64,000 nt of DNA from Candidatus Omnitrophota bacterium. GTDB lineage: Bacteria > Omnitrophota > Gorgyraeia > B26-G9. Of this stretch, positions 39,805-49,600 are shown piece by piece. Location: positions 67,317 to 131,316 of the forward strand of contig JBDRPX010000015.1 in NCBI GenBank assembly GCA_043826565.1, in the 5' to 3' direction. Under the pieces are notes generated by a model. It was not told the DNA's origin and ran no database searches. It was given only the letters and a program-made list of their open reading frames with translations. The number at the start of each line of letters is the position of its first letter. Positions within the stretch are counted from its first letter, which is position 1. A program made the position numbers and the translations under genes.

Positions 39805-40458
39805 ATGCCCCCGGATAAACTGACGCCCGAAGATAAATTACTGAATATTATTGAAGGGCCTTTGTCCGCGAAAGGGAACAGGTTTAACGCGAATAAGTCC
39901 GGCAGCGCGGCCTTAAAAAAAATGCGGTTTGGAGCGCTGTCTTTTTGGAAAGAAAAAAAATTTTTAAAAATTATTACTTTACAAAATCTTAACCGGGTGG
40001 TGGTCGTAACCGGAATATTTTTAGCGGGGTTTTTGCTGTTTGATTATCAGTATCAAAGAATTGATATGACAAACCGTCTGCTGACTGTAAAGCCGTCTCA
40101 GGAGCAGATAGACCGCTGGCTGAAACTTAAGCCTTCGCTGAAGATCTCGATCAAGGAAAGCCTTGAGGAAGCGCAGCGCCACAATATTTTTGCGCTGACC
40201 GCGTCAGGTTCCGGCACAAGTACCGGTAAGGTAAAAGAAGATGCCTGGGTTGCGGAAGCAACAGAGGCTGTTAATCAGTTAACTTTAGTGGGAGTTTTGT
40301 GGGAAACCGGTGCTCCGCAGGTAATGATCGAAGAAACTAAAAAAGGTAAAACGCATTTTTTAAGCGCCGGAGACGCGGTTGATATATTCAAAATTAAAAC
40401 GATAAACGAAAACAGTGTTGTTTTGGAAAAAAACGACAGAGAATGGGTATTAAGGTGA
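39805..40458 (+). CDS. GspC/PilP-like bitopic membrane protein
   Basis: TPEDKLL.IIE N-terminus, one TM, C-terminal LVGVLW..PQVMIE....T.FL..GD; directly upstream of secretin. Confidence 0.65.
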   Translation: MPPDKLTPEDKLLNIIEGPLSAKGNRFNANKSGSAALKKMRFGALSFWKEKKFLKIITLQNLNRVVVVTGIFLAGFLLFDYQYQRIDMTNRLLTVKPSQEQIDRWLKLKPSLKISIKESLEEAQRHNIFALTASGSGTSTGKVKEDAWVAEATEAVNQLTLVGVLWETGAPQVMIEETKKGKTHFLSAGDAVDIFKIKTINENSVVLEKNDREWVLR

Positions 40459-40462
40459 AAGA

Positions 40463-42217
40463 ATGCGATTATTGCTAAAGAGATTATTCAGGAGTATCGG
40501 AACAATAGTGCTGATTGGGTTATTGTTTTATCCGGGAATAGCCAGCTCTCAAGAAGATCCTGTTGATGAATTTTTACCGGAAGAAGCAGTTGGGGAAATT
40601 AATGAGTCTTTGCCGGAAGATGCGGCAATCAGCGAACAGGAAATTTTGGAAAACCTGACCATGGGCATAAAAAATAACGCAAACTCGATATCTTTGGATT
40701 TAAAAGGGATGAATGTTGTGGAATTACTGAGGATGCTGGCTTTAAAAACCGGGCTGACGATTGTTCCCAGCAAGGGGGTTAGCGGCCGGATCAATATATT
40801 TTTAAACAATGTAAGTTTTCAGGAAGCGCTGGATATAATTTTAGTTACCCAGAATTTAGCCAGTGAAAGAAAAGGCGATGTTATTTATATTACTACCGCG
40901 GCAGAGTATAAGCGTTTGTACGGGAAAGATTATGTTGAAAACCGGGAGCACAAAAATATAAAACTGCAATTTGCCGACCCGGCAAATGTCTTTGCGGTGT
41001 TGAGCCAGTTGAAATCGGAGATCGGTAAAGTTATTGTGGATAAGGCTTCGGGAATGGTTATTCTGATTGATATCCCGGAAAAACTCGAGGTTATGGAAAG
41101 CGCGGTAAAGAAACTTGAGACCCCTTTGGAAATGGCGGTGTTTGAGCTTAATTATGCCAAGCCGGAAGAAATAAAAGCCGGGCTGAATGAGATCATTACT
41201 CCGGGAACAGGGAAAATAATTTTTGACGAAAGAAGTTCCCAAGTGATCGTTTATGACCTTCCGGAAAAAATGGATAAGATCGAAAGAATCGTAAAAAGTT
41301 TAGACGCGGAGGAGAAAGAGGTATTTATTGAAGCGGATATAGTGCAGGTAACCTTAAGTGACCGGTATCAAAAAGGCATAGACTGGGAAATGATCTCCGG
41401 AGGAAATAATGATTTAGTCAGCGCTTTTCCCCTAACGCCCACGCCGGCAAACTTAGGTAAGATAAGTATCGGAACATTGGCCGGAGATGATTATACGGCA
41501 GTGCTGGAATTGCTCAGGACCCAGGGAGATATAAAAATACTTTCTAATCCTAAACTCGCGGTGGTAAATAATCAGGAAGCCAGAATTTTGGTCGGAACAC
41601 GGGATGCTTATGTTACTCAGACTTTAAGCCAGGCCGAATCAACAACGGTTACTTCGGAAAATATTGAATTTATCGATGTCGGAGTAAAATTAAATGTTGT
41701 TCCGAAAATCAATAATGACGGGTTTATTACCATGACTATTAAGCCGGAAGTCAGCAATGTCGCTGAAACAATCACGACTTCACTTGGCAGCCGTATTCCG
41801 ATTGTGGAAACATCGGAAGTGGAAACGGTAGTGAAAGTAAAAGATAATACTATGATCATGATCGCGGGTTTACGTAAAGACGAAAAAAGAGATCAAAGGG
41901 AAGGTGTCCCCGGCCTGGAAAAATTACCGTTTTTGGGCGGCCTTTTCCGCTCACGGGATCAAAGCACCCGGCAGACAGAAATCATAGTCTTTATTACCCC
42001 GCATATTATTACCGGAGCGGAAGCCTCCCCGGAAGGTTATAAAAGAGAATTTATGGGGAATAAACAAAATGTTACTGAAGCTAAAGAACCAAGCGGCGAT
42101 ATATTCTTAGAAGAATTAGGCCTGGTTAATTCTTTGCCGGAAGATGAAGGCGGGGAAGAAGATATTATGGAAAATGATGATTTTGATTTTGAAGACCAAT
42201 TAAAAGGAATTAAGTAA
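40463..42217 (+). CDS. Secretin (GspD/PilQ family)
   Basis: Signal peptide, STN and N domains, VFIEADIV, LSNPKL, DVGVKLNVVPKI, VPGL..LPFLG.LF, EIIVFITPHI. Confidence 0.95.
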   Translation: MRLLLKRLFRSIGTIVLIGLLFYPGIASSQEDPVDEFLPEEAVGEINESLPEDAAISEQEILENLTMGIKNNANSISLDLKGMNVVELLRMLALKTGLTIVPSKGVSGRINIFLNNVSFQEALDIILVTQNLASERKGDVIYITTAAEYKRLYGKDYVENREHKNIKLQFADPANVFAVLSQLKSEIGKVIVDKASGMVILIDIPEKLEVMESAVKKLETPLEMAVFELNYAKPEEIKAGLNEIITPGTGKIIFDERSSQVIVYDLPEKMDKIERIVKSLDAEEKEVFIEADIVQVTLSDRYQKGIDWEMISGGNNDLVSAFPLTPTPANLGKISIGTLAGDDYTAVLELLRTQGDIKILSNPKLAVVNNQEARILVGTRDAYVTQTLSQAESTTVTSENIEFIDVGVKLNVVPKINNDGFITMTIKPEVSNVAETITTSLGSRIPIVETSEVETVVKVKDNTMIMIAGLRKDEKRDQREGVPGLEKLPFLGGLFRSRDQSTRQTEIIVFITPHIITGAEASPEGYKREFMGNKQNVTEAKEPSGDIFLEELGLVNSLPEDEGGEEDIMENDDFDFEDQLKGIK

Positions 42218-42295
42218 AATAAAAACAGAAGATAGAGAATTGAAAATAGAAAATAGTAAAAAATTTTAAATATTTTTTAACCGAAAGGGTGTTTC

Positions 42296-44275
42296 ATGGC
42301 CAAACAAAGAGCGAAGTGTTTTTCATGGATATTGATTTTTTTCAGTATGTGTGTTTTTTTGCGCGCGCAGAAGGCTCTGGCGACTGATTATTCGAATATT
42401 CTGGAACAATACCGGGAAACAATCAAAGCGCAGGAAACAGATATAGAAAAGCTGGAAGAGAAGACTGCGTTGCTGCGCAAGGCTTGCCTCTTACTGAAAA
42501 ACAGCAATGAGATCAATGAAGCCAGAATAAAAGAGCTTGAGGATCAAAGTGAAGAACTGGCCATGGTGTCAAAATTAACCGAACTTTCAAAAAAGCAAAG
42601 GGAAAAGATCACTGACCAGGAAAAAGAAATAAATAAACTCAAAGAACAGCTAAAAGAAGAGCAGGCAAAAAGCCAAACCGCCGGTTCACAAGCTGCGGCA
42701 AAAAAGCAGGAAGAAATAAACAAACTCAAGGAACAGTTAAAAGAAGAACAGGCAAAAAGCCAGGCTGCCGGCGCGCAAGCTGCCGGGAAAATGGAAAAAG
42801 AAATCGACAGGCTAAAAGATGAAAATGCTAAGGTTGTAAAAGAAAATGCCGCATTGCATGGTTCTCTATCCGGCTTAAAATCTTCGGAAATGACGGGAGA
42901 AGACAGACGCAGAAAAACTGAAGATGAGATGATTAACCTTAAAAAGAAAAATGAACTGCTGATTGATTCTTATGAAATGCTTAAAAAGCGCAATGATTTT
43001 AACGAAGAAAGATTAAAAGCATTTGAAGATAGAAGCACCGAATCCCGAATGCTCGGACAGTTAAAGACTAAACTAAGCGAGCAGAGAGACGAGATCGAAA
43101 AAAAAGATGAGCTGATCAGGTCCTTGAAAAAGCAAAGCGAAATGCTTACGGATAAGAACTATTTGATCCGTCAGGAAAAACAATTTTCACTGGAGGCGGA
43201 CCAGAAAAGGATGGAAGAAAAAATCCAGTCGCTGGAGAATTCGATTGATGAGCTAAAAAAAGAAAACTCCGATCTGGCCCGGGAAAACAAAAAAATCCTC
43301 CTGGCTAAGCTTTCCCAGGATGAGTTACAGGAAGAAAGCGGATATTTAAAGGAAGAGGTTGAACGTTTAAAAAAGAAAAACACAGAATTAAGCAGTTCCG
43401 CTTCTTTGGGGAGCGAGACATCCGATGATTTAAAAGATAAACTTCAGTCGCTGGAGAATAAAGCTGATTCTTTAGAGGCAAGTGAGACGCGTCTGACCAA
43501 GGAAAACGCGATGCTGCGCGTTTCTCTCGAAGCGATGGAAGAAGCGGCCCGGACAAAAGTCGATACAATGTCGGAAGATGAAAGAATAAAATCGGTTATT
43601 GAGGCTAATGAACGGCTGGCGAAACTTACCGACAGCCAGTGGCAAATAATTTCTGAGCGTGAGAAAATTGTGACCGCACTTAAAGAAAGCACCCAAAAGC
43701 TGGAGGCGGCTATTGCTAAGATGAAAAGCGAAAACGCGGATACCGTTATCGGCTTAAAGAAAGATATCGCAATTTTAAAACAGGAAAAGCTGATTTTAAA
43801 TGATTCCTGCGAGCTGCTTGAGCAGAAGACAAAATTAAGTGAAGAAAAAGCGCAGTTATGGGAAGGCAAAGCCGCTAGTTTGGGGCTGGTGGAGCCGGAA
43901 GAAGCGCAAGCCGAAGATGATAAGTCCGGGCGTAATTTTTCCGGTAAGTCCAATTCCGGGAAAAAAGAAAAACCCGCGGAAAAGAAAATAAGTACCGATG
44001 AAATTGTCCGCTTGGAAAAAGAATCAGCCCTGGCGCATAAAAAATTAGGAGCAATTTATACGCAGCAAAAACTTTATAAAGAAGCGATTGATGCCTATCA
44101 AAAATCTATATCATATGATACAAGCGACGCCGCGATATATTATCAGCTGGGGCTTTTATGCGCGCAGTTAAAAAACAAACCGGAAGCAATAACCAATTTT
44201 AAAAAGTACCTAACCTTAAAGCCTAAAGCCAAGAACAGGAAAAGGGTTGAGGAACTGATAAAGATGCTGCAATGA
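42296..44275 (+). CDS. Exported long coiled-coil protein with C-terminal TPRs
   Basis: Signal peptide, ~500 aa E/K heptads, AHKKLGAIY/YYQLG TPRs; 29-aa tandem duplication. Confidence 0.8.
   Translation: MAKQRAKCFSWILIFFSMCVFLRAQKALATDYSNILEQYRETIKAQETDIEKLEEKTALLRKACLLLKNSNEINEARIKELEDQSEELAMVSKLTELSKKQREKITDQEKEINKLKEQLKEEQAKSQTAGSQAAAKKQEEINKLKEQLKEEQAKSQAAGAQAAGKMEKEIDRLKDENAKVVKENAALHGSLSGLKSSEMTGEDRRRKTEDEMINLKKKNELLIDSYEMLKKRNDFNEERLKAFEDRSTESRMLGQLKTKLSEQRDEIEKKDELIRSLKKQSEMLTDKNYLIRQEKQFSLEADQKRMEEKIQSLENSIDELKKENSDLARENKKILLAKLSQDELQEESGYLKEEVERLKKKNTELSSSASLGSETSDDLKDKLQSLENKADSLEASETRLTKENAMLRVSLEAMEEAARTKVDTMSEDERIKSVIEANERLAKLTDSQWQIISEREKIVTALKESTQKLEAAIAKMKSENADTVIGLKKDIAILKQEKLILNDSCELLEQKTKLSEEKAQLWEGKAASLGLVEPEEAQAEDDKSGRNFSGKSNSGKKEKPAEKKISTDEIVRLEKESALAHKKLGAIYTQQKLYKEAIDAYQKSISYDTSDAAIYYQLGLLCAQLKNKPEAITNFKKYLTLKPKAKNRKRVEELIKMLQ
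42624..42797 (+). repeat. 87-bp tandem duplication in CDS
   Basis: EINKLKEQLKEEQAKSQ(T/A)AG(S/A)QAA twice; DNA copies start at 42624 and 42711. Confidence 0.9.
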
Positions 44276-44985
44276 AGAAAATGCTTGTCTGGGGTCTTAT
44301 GATATCAATCATGGGAGCGCTTGCCGGAGTGAGCGTTTTTTTGTTCTTAAAGGTAAAGTCCCTGAGAGTTAAACTCGAGCAGAATCAGCATGTCTGCGAA
44401 CGGCTTTCCCAAGATATAAATGATTCGCGCAAAGAAAAAGAGGAAATTATTAACAAAAGTGAACAGCTTAATTCCGAAGTTGTTTCCTCTTTGGGCTTAA
44501 GCAATAAACTCCGGCAGGAGAATAAGGAATTAAAAAAGGAATTAGAACCGATAAAAAAGGATTTAGAGGAAAAAGAACAGCTGTTAAAAAAATTAAAGCA
44601 GGATATTATAATTGCCCAGGAAAAAACTCAGGCAAAAGAAGCTCAAACTGAAAAATTCAAGGCAGAGAGTGTTAAGCTAAAAGAAAAAATTGTGTTTTTA
44701 GAGAAAAGTATCCAAAGGGAAAAAGTGGATTTTTATTATAATCTGGGGGTAGCCTATACCAAGGCGAAGATGTATGAGCAGGCGATAAAAGTATATGAAC
44801 AGTCGCTGGACTTAGACGCGGAAAACCCGGAAGCTAATTATAATTTAGGCTTAATATATCAGAATATTAAAAAAGATACGCAAACAGCAGTAGCTTATTA
44901 TCAGCGTTATCTGGAGTTAATTCCGGATGGCGAAGAAGCGCAGGAAATTGAAGAGTTAATTATGGAATTGACCGGCAGGTTTTAA
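44272..44985 (+). CDS. Membrane-anchored coiled-coil/TPR protein
   Basis: N-terminal TM, coiled coil, YYNLGVAY, ANYNLGLIY, YYQRYLEL.P. Confidence 0.82.
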   Translation: MKKMLVWGLMISIMGALAGVSVFLFLKVKSLRVKLEQNQHVCERLSQDINDSRKEKEEIINKSEQLNSEVVSSLGLSNKLRQENKELKKELEPIKKDLEEKEQLLKKLKQDIIIAQEKTQAKEAQTEKFKAESVKLKEKIVFLEKSIQREKVDFYYNLGVAYTKAKMYEQAIKVYEQSLDLDAENPEANYNLGLIYQNIKKDTQTAVAYYQRYLELIPDGEEAQEIEELIMELTGRF

Positions 44986-45024
44986 AAGACATCCTATAAA
45001 GATCAGGATGTCTAGGGGTTAAAC

Positions 45025-45315
45025 TTGAGAAAGCGAACTATTATTATCAAATATGCGATCCTTGTCCTGATCATGGCATTGATACTTTTAGCCGCGTTGA
45101 ATATTCTGGCAAGCCGGTCGATCAGTCAAATAGCTCCGATAAAAGAGCTTGAATTCCAGAGCCAAAGCAAATTAGGGGGGCTGGAAGTTTCCGAAGAACT
45201 GGGTGAAAAATATAAACAGGATACACAGGCTTATGAAGCCTTAGCTGTAGAATTAAAAAAAAGTGTTTTGAAGATGAGAGAATTGCAAAAAACAATAAAT
45301 CCGGAACTTTTGTGA
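45025..45315 (+). CDS. Small membrane-anchored hypothetical protein
   Basis: TTG start after GGGG, N-terminal TM, helical tail. Confidence 0.55.
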   Translation: MRKRTIIIKYAILVLIMALILLAALNILASRSISQIAPIKELEFQSQSKLGGLEVSEELGEKYKQDTQAYEALAVELKKSVLKMRELQKTINPELL

Positions 45316-45350
45316 TAACAAACAGTTGCGGTTTACAGTGCCACGCACTA

Positions 45351-45379
45351 TTGCGAGCCTTTATATAGTATGGTATACT
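45351..45379 (+). promoter_or_regulatory. sigma70 promoter upstream of riboswitch
   Basis: TTGCGA-17 bp-TATACT with TG extension. Confidence 0.7.
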
Positions 45380-45400
45380 TTTAGTAGAGGAAATAGTAGG

Positions 45401-45485
45401 TGTGTTAAAGGCAAACTCAGCGGAAGCTGAGGACGCAAAGCCGTGCGTCCTGGAGATATTATCGGGATTGGCAGGTTACAAACAG
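45401..45485 (+). ncRNA. c-di-GMP-I (GEMM) riboswitch aptamer
   Basis: AAGGCAAAC-TCAGC GGAA GCTGA-GGACGCAAAGCC ... GGCAGGTTAC; GNRA-capped P2, P1 TGTT/AACA. Confidence 0.88.
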
Positions 45486-45497
45486 TCAAAAGATATA

Positions 45498-45529
45498 TCT
45501 CAGGCATTGTTTGCCTGGGATTTTTTTTT
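45498..45529 (+). terminator. Intrinsic terminator (riboswitch expression platform)
   Basis: TCTCAGGCA-ttgtt-TGCCTGGGA followed by T9. Confidence 0.85.
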
Positions 45530-45574
45530 GAAAGGAAGTCAAAGTGCCACGCACCCGCCCGTCGGAGACGGGCG

Positions 45575-45612
45575 AATGACAAATGACAAATGACAAATGA
45601 CAAATGACAAAT
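45575..45612 (+). repeat. Perfect (AATGACA)5 tandem repeat in 5' UTR
   Basis: Five exact copies ending immediately before the AGGGGG RBS. Confidence 0.95.
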
Positions 45613-45623
45613 AGGGGGTTAAT

Positions 45624-46571
45624 ATGCCAAGGATGCCAAGAGTGAATGTTGAAGGAGCATTATACTATATCACTTCCCGCGGAGACCGTAATCAGGAAAT
45701 ATTTAAAGATAAGGAAGATTACGCTACTTATATTGAATTATTAAAAAAATATAAAAAGCATCATGGTTTTAAATTATTCTCCTACATTCTGCTTCCGTCA
45801 CACCTCCATCTTTTAATAGAACTTTCGGCAAATTTAACAATTTCCCAGATCATGCACGACCTGAACTCTTCTTATATTAAATACTTTAATAAAAAATATG
45901 AACGCACCGGGCATTTATTTACCGAACGTTACCGCTGTGTATTAATAGAAAAAGACCCTTGGCTTAAGGCCGTTACCGCGCATATGCATTTAAATCCTGT
46001 CCGGGTAAACGCGGCAGAATCCTGGAAAGAATATTCTTTAGGCAGTGCCAAAGCTTATTTGGGGGCAAAAGACACAGAACTTGACCTGACCGAAGAGATC
46101 AAAGAGGTAAATACTCAGCTTAAAGGAGTAAAATACGAAGACTTTTTGGCCAGCCTTAACAAAGAAGAAATAAAGACATTAAAGACAAGTTTTGCCCGAA
46201 AGCTTATTGTCGGGTCCCGGGAATTTAAGAATAAAATAGAAGAAAAAGTCGAAGAGACTAAGACTCAGGAGCCCGAAGAACAGAGTGACCAGGAGAATAA
46301 ATTTATTTTCAGCGGAAGTGTCGCAGTGGTGGTTCTCCTTATTATTGTGGGATTTTTAATTAAAGGGCATTTTGATTTGAAGGAAAAATATAATTTGACT
46401 ACTCATAGAAAAAAAATAGAAATGGAACGCCGGATCCGGGAAGAAAAAGAACTGGTGACTAAGAATTTAAAAGAAAAATATGCCGCGGATGAAGTTTCGT
46501 TTGAAGCCATGCAAAAAAGGCTGGAGATTGAAAAGAAAAAAATAAAAGAACTGGAAAAGAAAATTAACTAG
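45624..46571 (+). CDS. Y1/RAYT transposase-fold protein lacking the catalytic Tyr, with C-terminal TM and coiled coil
   Basis: MPRMPR..GALYYITSRG, LLPSHLHLL, YFNKKYERTGHLF, AHMHLNPVR (Y->H), TM FIFSGSVAVVVLLIIVGFLI. Confidence 0.85.
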   Translation: MPRMPRVNVEGALYYITSRGDRNQEIFKDKEDYATYIELLKKYKKHHGFKLFSYILLPSHLHLLIELSANLTISQIMHDLNSSYIKYFNKKYERTGHLFTERYRCVLIEKDPWLKAVTAHMHLNPVRVNAAESWKEYSLGSAKAYLGAKDTELDLTEEIKEVNTQLKGVKYEDFLASLNKEEIKTLKTSFARKLIVGSREFKNKIEEKVEETKTQEPEEQSDQENKFIFSGSVAVVVLLIIVGFLIKGHFDLKEKYNLTTHRKKIEMERRIREEKELVTKNLKEKYAADEVSFEAMQKRLEIEKKKIKELEKKIN

Positions 46572-46632
46572 TGCGCATCGGCTGATGCGTAACCGATTAG
46601 TGTGTATGATTGCCAAAAGGGGAGAGAGCAAA

Positions 46633-49600
46633 ATGAAGATGATGATTAAAAAAACAATTGGTGTGCTACTGGTAGTATTGCTTGTGGTTTTCGGCTTAGC
46701 CAAAGCAGGATATCTGCAGGAAGCCGGTACCTTTCTGCAGGATTCCTGGAATTCGGGCACGAGTTCGACTGTGGCGGTGCATCCGGGCAATCAAAGTAAT
46801 TGGTCGCGCTATACTTCCCGGGACTCAAATATCCTTACTGCCGGAGGGTCAATTTATTTAGCGCCGAATACATTTACGGTGACCGATACCTCGGATACGG
46901 ATTTTGCAAAAGGCACATTAAATAATGTAATTATCAGCGGAACCGGTAATGGTTCTCAGCTGGAACTGACCTCCAGCGTTACGGACCCGTTTGCTTCTCA
47001 ATTAGGTGAATGGTTAAATTTGCCGTCTATACCCGCTCCGGGATTATTTTCTACCTATACCAAAATGGGCAATTATATTTATTGTTTGTTTGGCTCCGGG
47101 GACGGAAAACAGTTCGGCCGCTTTAATCTTACCAGTAAAACCTGGGAATTTTTAACGCCGATTCCGGTGGCGGTAGCGGTTGGGGCAACAATCACTAACG
47201 ACGGAGAATATATTTATGCTTTGCGCGGTTCCGGTTCAAGAGACGCGTATTTTTATCTGCCTCCGGAAGGGCCTGATCCGGACCCGGCAAATACTTTATT
47301 TTCTGTAGCTTCTCCGGCTCCCGGAGAATGGAAGCAATTTCCATCTCTAACTTCCGGGGTTAATTATGGATCTAATATTGTGCGTACCGGCGGTACGCTA
47401 AGCAGTAAGTCCGGAGCTTTATACGCGATGTGCGGATCCGGATCAACAACATTTGTTAAATATGATCCGAATATCGGCGGCGGAGTATGGATGGGCAGAA
47501 GTTCCACACCGGCTACGATCGGAGAAGGCGGAGCATTAGCCTACAAGCCCGGAAGTAATTTTATATACGCGGCCCGGGGATCCCAGACAGATACATTCTG
47601 GAGATATAATATCAGCGCAAATACTTGGGATACCAGCCTTGCGGCAGTTCCTGATCTAGATCCTTCAAATACAACGACAAATATAAATGTTAGATTTTGG
47701 CAGGGTTCGGACCTGTGGTATCCGGGATCAGGTGATTATGTTTATGCCGCGGGTATGTATGATGAATATGACAGCAGTACGGTTTACCGGCGTCAAAACC
47801 GAAGCTTTTTTAAATACGGGCCGTTAAGCGGCGCGGCAACCTGGACCAGATTACCGGATGTTCCGTCATATCTTGGCGCGTATAAATTTATTATTTATGA
47901 TCCGGATGCCGGCGGCCCGACAGAAGGTGATGAACTGCAGTATTTTTCCGGGAAAAATTATACCCGGCCGTGGCGGTTTGATAATGTGAATGAAAAATGG
48001 ATAACCTTATCACAGGCACCGTATGACGCGCCTTATGGTATTAATATTTGCTATCCGGGAACCGGAGATTTTCTTTATTATATTCCGGCAGACGGTAATT
48101 ATGATTTTTACCGCTATTCAATTTCCGGAAATTCCTGGGAAAGGCTTAAAAATCTTCCTTCCGGCCCCAGATACGCGGGTACACGTTTATGTTATTTAAA
48201 CGGATATATTTATTGTTTAAAAGGATATACCTCCGGGTCTTTTTATCGTTATGCCATAGCGCAAACCCCGGGGGCAGACAATTGGGACTATTTAGCTAAT
48301 TATCCGTATACTGACTTAGAATACGGGTCCAGTATTATCGGAGTGCAGATTGCCGGCCAGGATTATATTTACGGGTTAAGAGGGAATGAATATGGTAATT
48401 TTTATCGCTATAATGTTAGCACAGATACCTGGGCAGACACAATGGCCACAATGCCGGATCAGCCGGATGGAAGTTATTTAATATTTCCGAATTATGCGGA
48501 GCCCAACGGATACAAATATATTTACGCGGCGCGCGGCCAGTACAGCAATGACATGTATAAATACGGGCCCATAGAAGAAGATGAAAATTTAACCGATGAT
48601 ATTGACGGAGATTTCCAGACTAAAGGCCGCTGGACCCAGGTTACGGATACGCCCAGTTATTTTCGTTTTTGTGAGAATTACGGAGCTTGTTTGTCTTATC
48701 AGGGAAGCGGGCCGTATATTTACGCGTTTACCGGAGATAATGATGATATTGGGTACGCGTTTAGGTTTGCCCGCTATAATATGGATACTGATGCCTGGGA
48801 TGACCTTGATTCTACTCCCATGAATCAGACTTATTTTGATTGTACCTCAACAAGTGATGCTATCTTCGCGGTGGGTTATTATGGCTATGGCAATTTCTGG
48901 AAATATGATTTGGCTACCCAGCAATGGAATGAGCCGGTTATTGATCAATACCGCAATGAGTTGGGGACTACGGTAGTTGATAGTAATAATAATATTTATC
49001 TGGTATACGGCGGCCGGGACGGGTACCATTATTCACATTTCTGGAAGTTTGATCCGAATCAAAACCGGTGGACGGATATTATTCGCGCGCCGTTTGTTTT
49101 AGCGGCGGGAGTTAAAGCAGAATATCTAACAAGTACAAATTCTATCTATGTTACCGAGGGCCGCGGATCAACGACATTATACAAATATAATGTCGGGACA
49201 AAGGTCTGGAGTGAATGCGCGGAATCTCCGATACGGTTTTGGCGCGGCGCGCAGTTAGCCGCGGATGATGCGAACAATATTATTTATGCTATGCCGGGCT
49301 GGGATATTAGAAATTTTTATGTATATGATGCCGCGGATTACTGGAATCAGCTGGAAAATCCGCCGAAAGCTCATGAAGATATGATCGAAGGCATGGAAGT
49401 AGCAAATGGAAAAGTTTATTTGCTTAGCGGTGATGACGAAGCAGAGTTTTATGAATACTCCCCTTTGCCGACAAATACCTGGCTGCCGAAAACAAAGGTC
49501 GGAGACCCGACTGGTGATGGGTCGGTTTTTGAAACTACCAGCCATGGCGGAGGATTGTTTTATCCGGGCTCCGGAGATTTGATGTATTGTATTACCCGGT

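Noticed and set aside
40599-42146. Repeat TCTTTGCCGGAAGATG (SLPED) at both ends of the secretin gene
   Set aside because: Short match in acidic low-complexity termini; no evidence of function.
45402-45593. 63-aa ORF and antisense 45361-45603
   Set aside because: They overlap the riboswitch, terminator and microsatellite, and are better explained as non-coding leader.
45624-46571. Active IS200/IS605 or RAYT mobile element
   Set aside because: Catalytic Tyr missing, TM fusion, no tnpB and no flanking REPs.
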